A stretch of 58,507 nucleotides of DNA from a virus (IMGVR_UViG_3300031669_000032:1-58507); one strand, 5' to 3'. Numbered from the stretch's first letter, positions 16,681 through 25,992 are shown. The notes: generated by a model not told the origin, from the sequence alone. Numbers and translations: made by a program.

Positions 16681-17232
16681 TTAGCTAATCTCAACTGAAT
16701 TACCATTACTGTCACACTGATACATTTTCCCCATCAATTTGGCTCTCTCGTCAGGATGCATCTCGTATATAAGTTTTTTTTCGTATTCACGGTATTCGTG
16801 TATTGGCGTATCGACTGAATTTAACAATTTATTCCAGCCGCTAACTTCTGCCGTACATCCTGCGAAAACGTAGCATTTCTTTAAATCTTCAATGGCCCTA
16901 AATGTCACTAATGTTAACTCTATTTTTAATAATTCGCAAATTTCTTCGCGTGCGCCATCCCACCACTGCCCGTGGCAATCTACACTCTCTCCATTTTCCA
17001 GATTAATTGTAAACTTTCTGCCACCAAAGGCTTGGGCGTAACACGATGGCCTTTTGTAAAAATAGCAGTCATAAAAAAGACCATCTGTTCCGTAAATTAA
17101 ATTACCTTTTTCACCGCAACTCTGGATATTTCTGTGATTTGTTCTATAGAATTTTAATATCGGTCGCTTGTTTAAAACAACCGCAATTCCTGAGTTAAAC
17201 TTTACTTTTGCTAATATTTTATAGTTATCCAT
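16681..17232 (-). CDS. Conserved phage hypothetical protein
   Basis: AFGGRKF.I.L..G....C.GQWWD motif. Confidence 0.7.
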   Translation of the reverse strand: MDNYKILAKVKFNSGIAVVLNKRPILKFYRTNHRNIQSCGEKGNLIYGTDGLFYDCYFYKRPSCYAQAFGGRKFTINLENGESVDCHGQWWDGAREEICELLKIELTLVTFRAIEDLKKCYVFAGCTAEVSGWNKLLNSVDTPIHEYREYEKKLIYEMHPDERAKLMGKMYQCDSNGNSVEIS

Positions 17233-17258
17233 TTTGTTACCTCCTGGTAACCGGGGGA

Positions 17259-18287
17259 CTATGCCCCCGGCGTGTCATCGAACTCTTCATGCAACGATTC
17301 CTTATCCAGAAACATGTTTTCTATAACAGTTTCCGGATAGATGCTTTGACAAATATCAAAAAATGGACACGTGCCAAACCCTATACAATTCGAGGTGTTC
17401 CGGTAAAGGTAGTGTGATTCTGGGTTTTCTCCCTCTGTCCATGCTTTTGCAATATCAAAGATAACAGAATTCAGGTCATTTAATAAATACTCAAATTGCT
17501 TTTCGTGATAAATGATTATCTCGCGATAGAAGTATTCACCTTGATTATCTTTTAACCAGTCGAGGTATTCACTGTAATCATTAACGTCAAGGCCATTTCT
17601 TTCTATCTCGGCGATATATTCGCGTAAATCCGGTTTCCTATTTTTTGCGGTAGATATCTTGCCACTCTTTAGCACTTCTGGTTTCATTGGAAGTGTTGAG
17701 CTGGTTACATTATAGATTACACCCTGTACCGGGAATCCTAATGACCTGAGACACAGAATATAGAACATGCTTTGCAGGTCTACCGTGAGCTTTTTTTTAT
17801 ACAGCGCATTAATTCCTTTGGTTGTCTTATGCTCCATTAGATACAATAGGCCGCTTTTCTTTACTATCGCGTCAACCCTTAGTCTTATTTCTATACCGGC
17901 CCAAAGCCCCATTTTACTGGCATTAATGGAAAGGTCTTTCTCAATTTCCACAAACTCTAATCCCTTATCCTCTTCCCGGTAATGATTTAGATACCTCGAA
18001 AAAATCCTCATCGTATCGTCAAGCGCTGCTTTGATTTCCTGTTCTCTCTCAAAGTAATTTTCCGCTTCCATGTCCGGTGCCTTAGCTTCAAAGTAGGACC
18101 TAATCGCACCCCTGGACAAATCTGCATCATGTTTATCATACCACAACTCTATCGCTTTATGGAACGCGCTTCCGATACCAAAATATATCGGCTCATCGAT
18201 AGGTTTTAATTTCCTGATATACCGAAACTCAAAAAGCTTCCGGCAGTTCAGGAAAGTTCTAATTGCTGAATACGTTATTGATTTCAT
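17259..18287 (-). CDS. PD-(D/E)XK (RecB/Cas4-like) exonuclease
   Basis: TYS.I.TF..C; GSAFH..IE; RVD...EHKT; Q..FY; C-terminal C.....CPF..IC. Confidence 0.88.
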   Translation of the reverse strand: MKSITYSAIRTFLNCRKLFEFRYIRKLKPIDEPIYFGIGSAFHKAIELWYDKHDADLSRGAIRSYFEAKAPDMEAENYFEREQEIKAALDDTMRIFSRYLNHYREEDKGLEFVEIEKDLSINASKMGLWAGIEIRLRVDAIVKKSGLLYLMEHKTTKGINALYKKKLTVDLQSMFYILCLRSLGFPVQGVIYNVTSSTLPMKPEVLKSGKISTAKNRKPDLREYIAEIERNGLDVNDYSEYLDWLKDNQGEYFYREIIIYHEKQFEYLLNDLNSVIFDIAKAWTEGENPESHYLYRNTSNCIGFGTCPFFDICQSIYPETVIENMFLDKESLHEEFDDTPGA

Positions 18288-18296
18288 TTTTTTACC

Positions 18297-18746
18297 TCAA
18301 AACGGGTCGTTAATGTCCTGCTCTGGGATTTTCTCACTTCCCCCGCTTTGGGTATCATCATCCCAGTCATCGGTTTTCAATCCTTCCTTTTTGCACGGGT
18401 GAACGTTTTTCAGTTTGGTTAGGCTCTTCCCGTCATACTCTTCTTTGTGGAGTTCGATGGTTAACCATTTATCTAACAAGTTCCTCATCGTGAATCTGGT
18501 ATCATTTGGGTCAATCCCGCAGACAATCGCAAGTCCTTTTATTCTCCACATCGCCTTTTCTGTCCAGTAGAATCTGGCTGTGTGCGTTTGGGCCTGCTCA
18601 TTCCTAAACACCATTTCTATGTAAGGCGTTTTTCCCTGCTCCTGTATCTCTTGCATAGCAAAAACGTATACGTCATGAAATCCAACGTCCAAAAAACTTC
18701 CACTTTCAATATCCATTAAATTTACCTCTTGATCTATTAAACTCAT
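18297..18746 (-). CDS. ssDNA-binding protein (DUF669-like, recalled)
   Basis: Predicted beta-rich core, acidic tail ending DINDPF; next to Sak4. Confidence 0.75.
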   Translation of the reverse strand: MSLIDQEVNLMDIESGSFLDVGFHDVYVFAMQEIQEQGKTPYIEMVFRNEQAQTHTARFYWTEKAMWRIKGLAIVCGIDPNDTRFTMRNLLDKWLTIELHKEEYDGKSLTKLKNVHPCKKEGLKTDDWDDDTQSGGSEKIPEQDINDPF

Positions 18747-19492
18747 TTCTTACCTCCGTTAAATATTTTTTCAGTTATCTTGCTAAGGTTCACGGTTCCG
18801 TCCGTACCAGTTTCGTGGGTATCAAGCGACTCATGCCCTTTCGTTATGGTATTGTCAAGCTTTTTACATAGGAACCTGTTTTTGAATTTAGCGCCCTCCG
18901 CCCTGGCTTCCAATCGATATACATCCGTGAAGTATGCACCGATTGACAATGAAAGTTTCCCGGTAATTTCAGGAGCAAACGATATCACCCCGGTTCTGTC
19001 GTCTCTTCTTTCTGATTCCCTGGCAATCATGATGATATGTTTTTGCAGATTCGTATATTTCATTAAGAATCTTGTCCACCTCACATTCAGCACCCTATAA
19101 TCCTCGCGGGTCAAAACATCTTCGTACATGTTTTGTACCATGCTGGTTCCTTTTGCGGCAGCCCGATCTTTCATCGCGATTTGCTCTTGACTCATAATGT
19201 CAAGCATGGTTAGGGAATCAATTACAACGATTCGGTATGAGGGGGTTTTTTCTAAATCATCTTTCATTAGCATTTCGTGAATCGTTACATCGATGTCACT
19301 CCACGAATCTACCTGCCAACACTCATATCCGGTGCCTGCTAACCTGGTTGGCGTTTGTGGTTCGGTAGACAGTATCAGCGTTCCTTTTTCTGGCAATGTT
19401 TTGATGGATGTGGTTTTCCCGGTACCAGATGCACCATAAATTAATAGCTTTAATCTTTCTTCAAGTTTTTGTTTTAAATCAATTTTTCTCAT
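18743..19492 (-). CDS. sak4: Sak4-like AAA_24 single-strand annealing ATPase
   Basis: LLIYGASGTGKTT; IVVIDSLT; P...GK. Confidence 0.85.
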   Translation of the reverse strand: MRKIDLKQKLEERLKLLIYGASGTGKTTSIKTLPEKGTLILSTEPQTPTRLAGTGYECWQVDSWSDIDVTIHEMLMKDDLEKTPSYRIVVIDSLTMLDIMSQEQIAMKDRAAAKGTSMVQNMYEDVLTREDYRVLNVRWTRFLMKYTNLQKHIIMIARESERRDDRTGVISFAPEITGKLSLSIGAYFTDVYRLEARAEGAKFKNRFLCKKLDNTITKGHESLDTHETGTDGTVNLSKITEKIFNGGKK

Positions 19493-19501
19493 TTTTTTCT
19501 C

Positions 19502-19816
19502 CTAAGTTTCTTTTATTTTCTCATAAACAACTACCGTTTTCTCTTTTTTCTCTACTTCGCAAACGGAATCAATATCAAACTCCCAACCCATCTCCTCGGC
19601 CCCGGAATCCCCGGTTGTTTCTGCCCAATCGTACCCGATAGGCTTTTCGTTTACGGTAACTACCAAAAACACATCATTCCACCATCGATGTGCATCGAGT
19701 GTCTCGCTATAAATTACGTACCTATCTTGCAGGGCTTCTTTAATGCCCCGTTCTGAAACCTCATAACCATTGTCTTTGCAATAGCCCATTAAAAAATCTT
19801 TGATTTCTTTATTCAT
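19502..19816 (-). CDS. Conserved phage hypothetical protein
   Basis: HRWW motif and EV...EKTVVVYE tail; AAGGAG RBS. Confidence 0.7.
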   Translation of the reverse strand: MNKEIKDFLMGYCKDNGYEVSERGIKEALQDRYVIYSETLDAHRWWNDVFLVVTVNEKPIGYDWAETTGDSGAEEMGWEFDIDSVCEVEKKEKTVVVYEKIKET

Positions 19817-19838
19817 CTTGTGTTCTCCTTTGTATTTT

Positions 19839-20123
19839 TTATATTCCCTCAACATATTCAAAAACATGAAATACTTCGTTGTAATCGAGTAGCTGATATG
19901 TGCCAACAAATAGCAACGGCACATTCCTACTGTTATTGATTTGGTGACCAGTACAGAATATCTTAAACGTTCTCTTTCTTGTACTTTCTCCCGGGTCAAC
20001 CATGGCCCATAGGCATGGCGTCCCATTCTGAACCTGTACCGTTAACACATCTGCGCCGGCTGGCATTTCAATCATTTGAGTGTCGGTTGTTTTTAAATTA
20101 AATTTCCAAATTGTTTTATTCAT
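19839..20123 (-). CDS. Conserved phage protein (DUF7352-like, recalled)
   Basis: IWKF.L...MP.GA.VL.VQ.Q...CLWA.VDP...TGH...GT.Q...FHVFE. Confidence 0.75.
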   Translation of the reverse strand: MNKTIWKFNLKTTDTQMIEMPAGADVLTVQVQNGTPCLWAMVDPGESTRKRTFKIFCTGHQINNSRNVPLLFVGTYQLLDYNEVFHVFEYVEGI

Positions 20124-20144
20124 CTTGTGTCTCCTTTGTATTTT

Positions 20145-20573
20145 TCATTTCGGCACCGTGCTGCGGTCAAATGTTTCCAGGTTATCAGCAAATGAGGTAG
20201 TAAACTCCTTTTCACAGCCGCAACATATCCTGGTTCCATGGGCCATATATGATGGGAGATTTTGCGAGTTGCCGCATTCAGGGCATTCCACCTTTACGGT
20301 TTCCTGTTTCTGCACTACCTTTGCAGTATTCTCATCTAACCTTTCCATATCATCGTAATAATTCGATTCCCCGATGTTGTAAAAGTCCTCATTGGCCAAC
20401 CTGGTTATCCCAGGCACATCTTCCAGTTCACCATTAAGCAGCCATTCTACCATTTCAATTAAGTAAATATATACCATAACGATCGCATCGTTACCAACTT
20501 TCCTGTGACGCATTTCAATCTTTTCATACCTGGTCTTGATTTTTTCCAGGTACTCTTTATTTAGCTCTCTCAT
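20145..20573 (-). CDS. Hypothetical protein with C-terminal Zn ribbon
   Basis: CPECG...C.GC; CAGGAGGT RBS. Confidence 0.65.
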   Translation of the reverse strand: MRELNKEYLEKIKTRYEKIEMRHRKVGNDAIVMVYIYLIEMVEWLLNGELEDVPGITRLANEDFYNIGESNYYDDMERLDENTAKVVQKQETVKVECPECGNSQNLPSYMAHGTRICCGCEKEFTTSFADNLETFDRSTVPK

Positions 20574-20586
20574 TTTGCACCTCCTG

Positions 20587-20979
20587 TTACCAACTTCTGT
20601 CCAACTCATCAAAATACTTCCAGCCTTTTGGAGTGAACTGTTTCGCCGGGGTGCGTTTCAATACCGGCAGCACTTTGCTTTCCAATATATCGGCTATTTT
20701 GTAGAATATTTTGATGTGCATTTCTGCAAACTCCCTACGGGAAGCGCAGTAAGGTTTTAGTACTAACTCTTCATAGGTCATAAAATTTTCGCAACCACCT
20801 TCTCCGTCCCGATCCGCTAACGGACAACTAACGCAGCCTTGACCATATACAGTAGGTTTCTTATGTATTTTGCAATATGGGCAATGCTTTGGAGAAAAGA
20901 ATATTTTACCTTCCGGATTCCTAAACTTTTCGATCAATTCGTGAGTTGCTTTAATTGTTTTTTGCTTGTTTGATTTCAT
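20587..20979 (-). CDS. Cys-rich hypothetical protein
   Basis: CPYC...C.SCPL...C; AGGAGG RBS. Confidence 0.65.
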   Translation of the reverse strand: MKSNKQKTIKATHELIEKFRNPEGKIFFSPKHCPYCKIHKKPTVYGQGCVSCPLADRDGEGGCENFMTYEELVLKPYCASRREFAEMHIKIFYKIADILESKVLPVLKRTPAKQFTPKGWKYFDELDRSW

Positions 20980-21371
20980 TACGTTACCTCCTTTCTAATC
21001 ATTTTTATTTTTGCTACATTCTCTCTATTGTGATTATGGGATATTATCTTATTTCTATGATCGACCGTGAATAAAAACAATACGCTCCCAATATCACATC
21101 CGAAAATCCTGGCTGCGTGTCTTTTGGTAACGGCGTTGCATGTACGGCCGGAATTATCACCATAAAAATTATGCAAGTTTCTGGTTCTGTATTCTCTACT
21201 TTGCCAGTTTATTAATTCAGTTTTTTCCTGAAAAATTGGGCCACGTATTTCCATTATGTACTCTTCGGCTTCCATCAATAATTGATCTACGCTTTCACAT
21301 TCCAATTCCTCTGATTCGATGACTTGAATTAATTTTTCTATGATACTTATTGCTTTATAATCTTGTTTCAC
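20979..21371 (-). CDS. Hypothetical protein
   Basis: GTG start with GGGAGG RBS. Confidence 0.55.
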   Translation of the reverse strand: MKQDYKAISIIEKLIQVIESEELECESVDQLLMEAEEYIMEIRGPIFQEKTELINWQSREYRTRNLHNFYGDNSGRTCNAVTKRHAARIFGCDIGSVLFLFTVDHRNKIISHNHNRENVAKIKMIRKEVT

Positions 21372-21390
21372 GTCGACCTCCCTATCATTC

Positions 21391-21669
21391 CTAACGGTAA
21401 GAATTGCCGGGGTGAGCCTTGTGCTCTTTTCCGTTTTCATCCCACCACGTAGCAAACCATATCATGCAGCCAACTCTTCTGAAATAGACATCCAAATCGT
21501 TCGCCATTTTGATTGCCTCTTTTAGCGAGTGGCATTCTCTTGGATCTCCAATATCCTTTGACGTTTTTGTCCCTCTATGAATTCCCCATGTTAGCAAATT
21601 TCGATTACCAGTCACTTCTTGTTTTTTCTCTCTTTTAATTTTACTAAAAAATAATTTAAAAATATTCAT
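21391..21669 (-). CDS. Hypothetical protein
   Basis: AAGGAGGT RBS. Confidence 0.65.
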   Translation of the reverse strand: MNIFKLFFSKIKREKKQEVTGNRNLLTWGIHRGTKTSKDIGDPRECHSLKEAIKMANDLDVYFRRVGCMIWFATWWDENGKEHKAHPGNSYR

Positions 21670-22070
21670 GTTACCTCCTTTTTATTCTCACACTCACACT
21701 TCCCGGCTACTTCCCCGCAATATCCGCAGTGAGTTTCCCAGTATTCCGTAATTTCCTGAAGCTTCCGGAAGTGGTCGAAAAGTTCGTTATCTCGGTTCAT
21801 TATTTTTCCTTACTGCCGCGCTCATGCTCTTCCATTTCCATGGCACAGAGCGGATGAGCATAACCATCAATATAAATTTGATAATTTACGTATCCTGTTT
21901 TTTCCCCGCATATTTCACATTTCAATTGAATTGCCTCTTTTACTTCTTTTCCGCCAAAACAATTAATATTACCCATTTTATTACTCCTTTACCTTCCCAA
22001 AATATCGGCCCACCCTGGCAGTACAATGACCAACCAGGGCAGACCTTTTATCAAGGAGGTTACATATGAA

Positions 22071-22388
22071 CTATTTAATAGTGCGGTCATTTTGGTCTAT
22101 ATTAATTAATACGAATGGTTCTGGTGAGCCCTTTGATTCCATCGCAATTTCCAAAATCCAACCCCGGCTCTTCACCTGCCCCACAACTCCAACCAGGTTC
22201 GGCTTTTTTCCATTCTGTAATAATCCGCCTTTGTTCACGGGAGCGGATGCGAAAACAGACTTCCCATCACTTTCCCGAATGAGCCGGTAAACGCCCTTCG
22301 CAAATTCCCAATGGCATATGTCGCCCGGTTCAGCATGGGGTGCTTTGGGGTATTTTGGGTAAGTGTTTTTAGCGATCTTGATTTTCAT
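22071..22388 (-). CDS. Hypothetical protein
   Basis: ORF in operon; start uncertain. Confidence 0.55.
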   Translation of the reverse strand: MKIKIAKNTYPKYPKAPHAEPGDICHWEFAKGVYRLIRESDGKSVFASAPVNKGGLLQNGKKPNLVGVVGQVKSRGWILEIAMESKGSPEPFVLINIDQNDRTIK

Positions 22389-22569
22389 TTTGATCTTCCC
22401 GCTCTCCAATTACGGACACAGTATCCTTGTCCGCAAAAAAAATCTTCCGTGTGACAATGTAGTTGTGATCGTTCATGTATATCGTATCCCCAATGTTGGG
22501 GATTGCTGGAAGCCAGATGTGCTTCGCAAGCTCTGGTGTGTTGAATAAAACCCTCATTTCTTGATTCAC
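22369..22569 (-). CDS. First gene of leftward operon, hypothetical
   Basis: GTG start with TTAGGAGGT RBS; P.IPNIGD.I....Y.V..K.F motif. Confidence 0.7.
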   Translation of the reverse strand: MNQEMRVLFNTPELAKHIWLPAIPNIGDTIYMNDHNYIVTRKIFFADKDTVSVIGEREDQNENQDR

Positions 22570-22602
22570 AATAACCTCCTAAGTTATTTTTAATATTGCA
22601 AG

Positions 22603-22784
22603 CAGGGCGCATCCCGAAGGAATCGCAAGACAGTCAATCTTGTGATCGATAATGCCATGGAATGAATGCTGCGTGCCTGTATCTGCCCGTGCTGTATCCA
22701 TCGACCGTTCCTGGCAGGGTTGACGATTTCCTGCTACGATCGAGCATTAACGCCCCGTCAAAATTATATCGCCCAACCTGGGCA
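22603..22784 (-). ncRNA. Structured 5' leader RNA of the leftward operon
   Basis: Multiple nested stems, a C(UUCG)G tetraloop and complementary loops between promoter and first RBS. Confidence 0.6.
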
Positions 22785-22789
22785 CCTTA

Positions 22790-22864
22790 AGTATAATATG
22801 GTTTTCGCAAATTGTCAACAAAAAAAATTATTTTGTTGACAATCTGATATTTCCATATTATACT
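22790..22864. promoter_or_regulatory. Symmetric divergent sigma70 promoters
   Basis: TTGACA-17-TATACT on both strands; 12-bp and 13-bp perfect inverted repeats. Confidence 0.88.
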
Positions 22865-22870
22865 ATAGAT

Positions 22871-23119
22871 ATGAAAAAAATAAAAGTATTAAGAGAAAAG
22901 TTACCGGGGAGAACTCATTTGGTTTCTCTCCGGGTAAATAGGTCTGTGGCCGATTTCATGAGTTACAATGCAGACGAATGGGGTCGCTCAACAAATAAGC
23001 AATGGGGCTTCATAGCTGGACTTTATGCTGCTGGAAATTTCGAGGAGTTAGAGAGGCAGTACAACGGGCCAGATGAGGCGAGGAAGCAAGAAAAGAAAGA
23101 AATAGGGGTGGTAAAATGA
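22871..23119 (+). CDS. Arc-like ribbon-helix-helix repressor, leaderless
   Basis: VSLRV...V.D.M...A...GRS.N matches the Arc/Mnt pattern; ATG follows the -10 after 6 nt, no SD. Confidence 0.75.
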   Translation: MKKIKVLREKLPGRTHLVSLRVNRSVADFMSYNADEWGRSTNKQWGFIAGLYAAGNFEELERQYNGPDEARKQEKKEIGVVK

Positions 23120-23373
23120 AAAGTAAACCCGACGCTAAAGAAATCACAATTCATATTTTCCATGCTCCCAGCGTTAGAGATATAAAAGTTGATGTTCAGC
23201 GGAAAATCTGTCTATTTCTGGATAAAAATAATGACTTCCGGGCCATGACAAGCACGGAGTTATTCTGCAAGACGTGCCCATTGAGTACCGACTGCGCGGA
23301 AGCAAATCGCGGTCATGATGGCTCGGTGGAGGTAAACAATGACCAAAAAAATATACATCTTAAGGAATCCTGA
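23116..23373 (+). CDS. Cys-containing hypothetical protein
   Basis: ATGA coupling; FC..CPL..DC. Confidence 0.55.
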   Translation: MKSKPDAKEITIHIFHAPSVRDIKVDVQRKICLFLDKNNDFRAMTSTELFCKTCPLSTDCAEANRGHDGSVEVNNDQKNIHLKES

Positions 23374-23504
23374 TCTTAACATTACGGTCGAAACAGAAAT
23401 TGTTGATTGCGTTATGATGCGCGCCGATGGGATATTCTCATGTACCAACCTGGGATTGTGGTGCAATGAGTGCGAGCATAAAGATTGTCAGAGAAACAAG
23501 AATC

Positions 23505-23789
23505 ATGAAAAAGACTGATCTTTCAAATGGGTGGCGCGTACACCTGCCGAACTTAATCAAAGAAATTTTCAAATCTCAAGATGTCCAGATACTGAAAATT
23601 CCGCTTACCACTCTTACCCAAATTCTGGCAAAATTAGCCAAAAGGGCCATTGAATTGGATGACACAAAACTGAATCAATTGATGATGAGGCTGTGCTTGT
23701 ATGAGGAGTCTGATCCGTGTGTCAAGGGATATAGCAAAAAGAAAATTATAGAATATCTGGACAGGGAGGTAAATCATGATAATCAATAG
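23505..23789 (+). CDS. Conserved phage hypothetical protein
   Basis: WRVH.PNL..EI...A.RA.EL.D.KLN.LM.RL.LY. Confidence 0.65.
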   Translation: MKKTDLSNGWRVHLPNLIKEIFKSQDVQILKIPLTTLTQILAKLAKRAIELDDTKLNQLMMRLCLYEESDPCVKGYSKKKIIEYLDREVNHDNQ

Positions 23790-24006
23790 AAAAGAGTTGG
23801 GAAATATTATTTGTTATTATCCGCGCGGTCAAGTGCGCCCCATAACCAGGTTGCACTGCAGGTCGTGTTTCCAGATGGGGTTTGCTATAACTAACGATAA
23901 TATATGCGGCAAGGACGACGTGATGCTTTCGGAAACCATCTGCGGAAGTTGCACTATTTCCGGATGCACTTATGCGAATTTTAACGAGGTGAACAATGAA
24001 AAATAA
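23776..24006 (+). CDS. Cys-rich hypothetical protein
   Basis: GGGAGGT RBS. Confidence 0.6.
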   Translation: MIINRKELGNIICYYPRGQVRPITRLHCRSCFQMGFAITNDNICGKDDVMLSETICGSCTISGCTYANFNEVNNEK

Positions 24007-24382
24007 CACCCGTTGCGTACCGGTCGCGAAAAGTGATAAGTATCCGGAAGGGTTGGTAAAATTTGATGTTTGTTTTGATTGCCCGTGTTATGATGATAAT
24101 ATTGATGAATGCAATGTACTGGATATATGCATCGATATTCCTGACGCGTATCATAGCATCCACAATGACTGCCCACTACCCTTCTATGACCGGGTGCGTT
24201 GGCATGATGCAAAGCGCGAATTCCCGGAAAATTTCCTGAACGTTGCTGTGAAGATGCTGAAAGACGGGAAGGTTGTCTATAGCACCGGATTGGCAACGAG
24301 AGACGGGACGTGGGTTGCTGATGGGATGTTTATTGATGGAATAGTAAAAATTGAAATATTAGAATGGAGGTATTATGAGTGA
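23996..24382 (+). CDS. Hypothetical protein, paralog C1
   Basis: CxxC...CPLP.YD.VRW...WRY. Confidence 0.7.
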   Translation: MKNNTRCVPVAKSDKYPEGLVKFDVCFDCPCYDDNIDECNVLDICIDIPDAYHSIHNDCPLPFYDRVRWHDAKREFPENFLNVAVKMLKDGKVVYSTGLATRDGTWVADGMFIDGIVKIEILEWRYYE

Positions 24383-24806
24383 ATCAAGAGCAATAGTTTA
24401 CAAAGACGGCGGTTACCGGGAAGTAAATAGTTGCAGCCAGTGTGGCAATTTTGATGTGTATTATAAGAAAGATGGATGCGGATTTGGTGTCCTAACTTTC
24501 TCTTGCGCGGAGTTATGCTTTATGTTAATGTGTGATCGGTGGGATGAGAGGGTTGCAATTATTGATTACAATAGCATTTCGGGTAACTGCCCGCTTCCGT
24601 ATTACGACTCTGTCCGCTGGTACGACCATAGCGAGATAACTGAGTATTTCGGAAAAATAGACTGCGAATATGTCGAGGTGCGACTAAAGCATGATGACGG
24701 TAGGATCCAGCCGGTATTTATTAAGAAAGTTGGCCTGGGAGCCGTCGACAAAAAAGACAGTCTCCTGTTGGGTACGGAAGTGTTGAAATGGAGACCGGTA
24801 CAATGA
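24375..24806 (+). CDS. Hypothetical protein, paralog C2
   Basis: CxxC...CPLP.YD.VRW...WRP. Confidence 0.7.
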   Translation: MSESRAIVYKDGGYREVNSCSQCGNFDVYYKKDGCGFGVLTFSCAELCFMLMCDRWDERVAIIDYNSISGNCPLPYYDSVRWYDHSEITEYFGKIDCEYVEVRLKHDDGRIQPVFIKKVGLGAVDKKDSLLLGTEVLKWRPVQ

Positions 24807-25081
24807 GTGAACATCAAGGCACCATAGACCGAATTTACGCCGGGTTCAAGGCGGTCTACGGGTATCCGCAGGGGAAATGTGGGCAGATTGCCGAAAAAAT
24901 ACAGAAAGAAATCGGCGGTGAAATAGTCGCTGGACTCCTGGTGTTTATCACCGGTGAGCGGGAGCATTGGTGGGTTGAGAAAGACGGCGAAACCATCGAC
25001 CCAATGAGTGACGAATTGATGGAAACTGATCCACATTATCACCGCGAGGTTCACCGTGATGCGTCGAAAGGATACTGGTAA
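24803..25081 (+). CDS. Small transglutaminase/papain-like fold protein
   Basis: G.C...A, HWWVE.DG..IDP (Cys-His-Asp order). Confidence 0.55.
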   Translation: MSEHQGTIDRIYAGFKAVYGYPQGKCGQIAEKIQKEIGGEIVAGLLVFITGEREHWWVEKDGETIDPMSDELMETDPHYHREVHRDASKGYW

Positions 25082-25352
25082 AACAATAGATAACGAATTC
25101 GTCGGCCTGCCGGAAGGTGAGCCACAAATACCCGGTGAAACTGAAAGCGAACTAATTGTCCAGCCCATATCAGAGCAGCGCATAGGAGAAGTAATAGCCT
25201 TGAGTGATGCGATAACCGACCTGATAATTAAGTATCCTGGAACTGGAGTTAATCACTTTGCTGGAATTAATCTCCTCATAGCTTCCGGGCTTAGTCTGGA
25301 AAATGCTATCACAATATATCAAGGTGTAATGTTCAAGAAATTCGGATATTGA
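25056..25352 (+). CDS. Hypothetical protein
   Basis: GAGGT RBS. Confidence 0.55.
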   Translation: MMRRKDTGKTIDNEFVGLPEGEPQIPGETESELIVQPISEQRIGEVIALSDAITDLIIKYPGTGVNHFAGINLLIASGLSLENAITIYQGVMFKKFGY

Positions 25353-25594
25353 AAATGAAAATTAAAGTATTGATAGATGACAGAATGTATCAAGCGGACA
25401 TTAATGAAGAGAACAATTCTTGTTGTAAGTTTTACCCGAGAAGTTGTTTTCACTCACAACTTTTCGTATATGGTGAATCTTGTACATTATTTCATGAGAG
25501 GCTAAAATTCTACAACAGAACCGAATTATACAAGCGCTGCCAGGCGTGCATCGATGCGGAAGTGGCAGCCAAAAAAATGGAGGTGAAACGATGA
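25349..25594 (+). CDS. Cys-rich hypothetical protein
   Basis: CTLF...RCQAC..AE motif, similar ending in 31201-31425. Confidence 0.6.
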   Translation: MKMKIKVLIDDRMYQADINEENNSCCKFYPRSCFHSQLFVYGESCTLFHERLKFYNRTELYKRCQACIDAEVAAKKMEVKR

Positions 25595-25992
25595 AAAATA
25601 ATGGGCGTATAATTTGTGGTTTTGCTGGAATTGGAAAATCTACGCTGGCTAAAAATAAGGCTGGTTTCGTTGACCTCGAAAGCACCCCCTTCGAGAAAGA
25701 TTGGGATAGATACGTTAAAGTTGCAATACATATGTCAAGTAACGGATATACGGTTTTAATGTCTTGTCATGCGGAATTAAGAGAAAAATTACACGACAAA
25801 AATGCACGTTATTTATTAGCGATACCATCAAAGGATAAAAAAGAGGAGTATATACAACGCTATAAGAATAGAAAAAATACGGAAGATTTTATTCGGTTGT
25901 TAAGTGATAACTGGAACAGTTTTTTGAGTGTTCTACCCCATGAAAAGGATATTTTAATAGTAACGGATTATTTAGAAAATGAAAATCTATAA
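25591..25992 (+). CDS. P-loop NTPase / nucleotide kinase-like
   Basis: IICGFAGIGKST; DLES; YIQRY..R.N. Confidence 0.75.
   Translation: MKNNGRIICGFAGIGKSTLAKNKAGFVDLESTPFEKDWDRYVKVAIHMSSNGYTVLMSCHAELREKLHDKNARYLLAIPSKDKKEEYIQRYKNRKNTEDFIRLLSDNWNSFLSVLPHEKDILIVTDYLENENL

Noticed and set aside
17259-18287. Cas4-like gene as a CRISPR component
   Set aside because: It sits in the standard Sak4-SSB-exonuclease recombination module
24602-25183. 193-aa minus-strand ORF
   Set aside because: Antisense to three coupled plus-strand genes with better coding features
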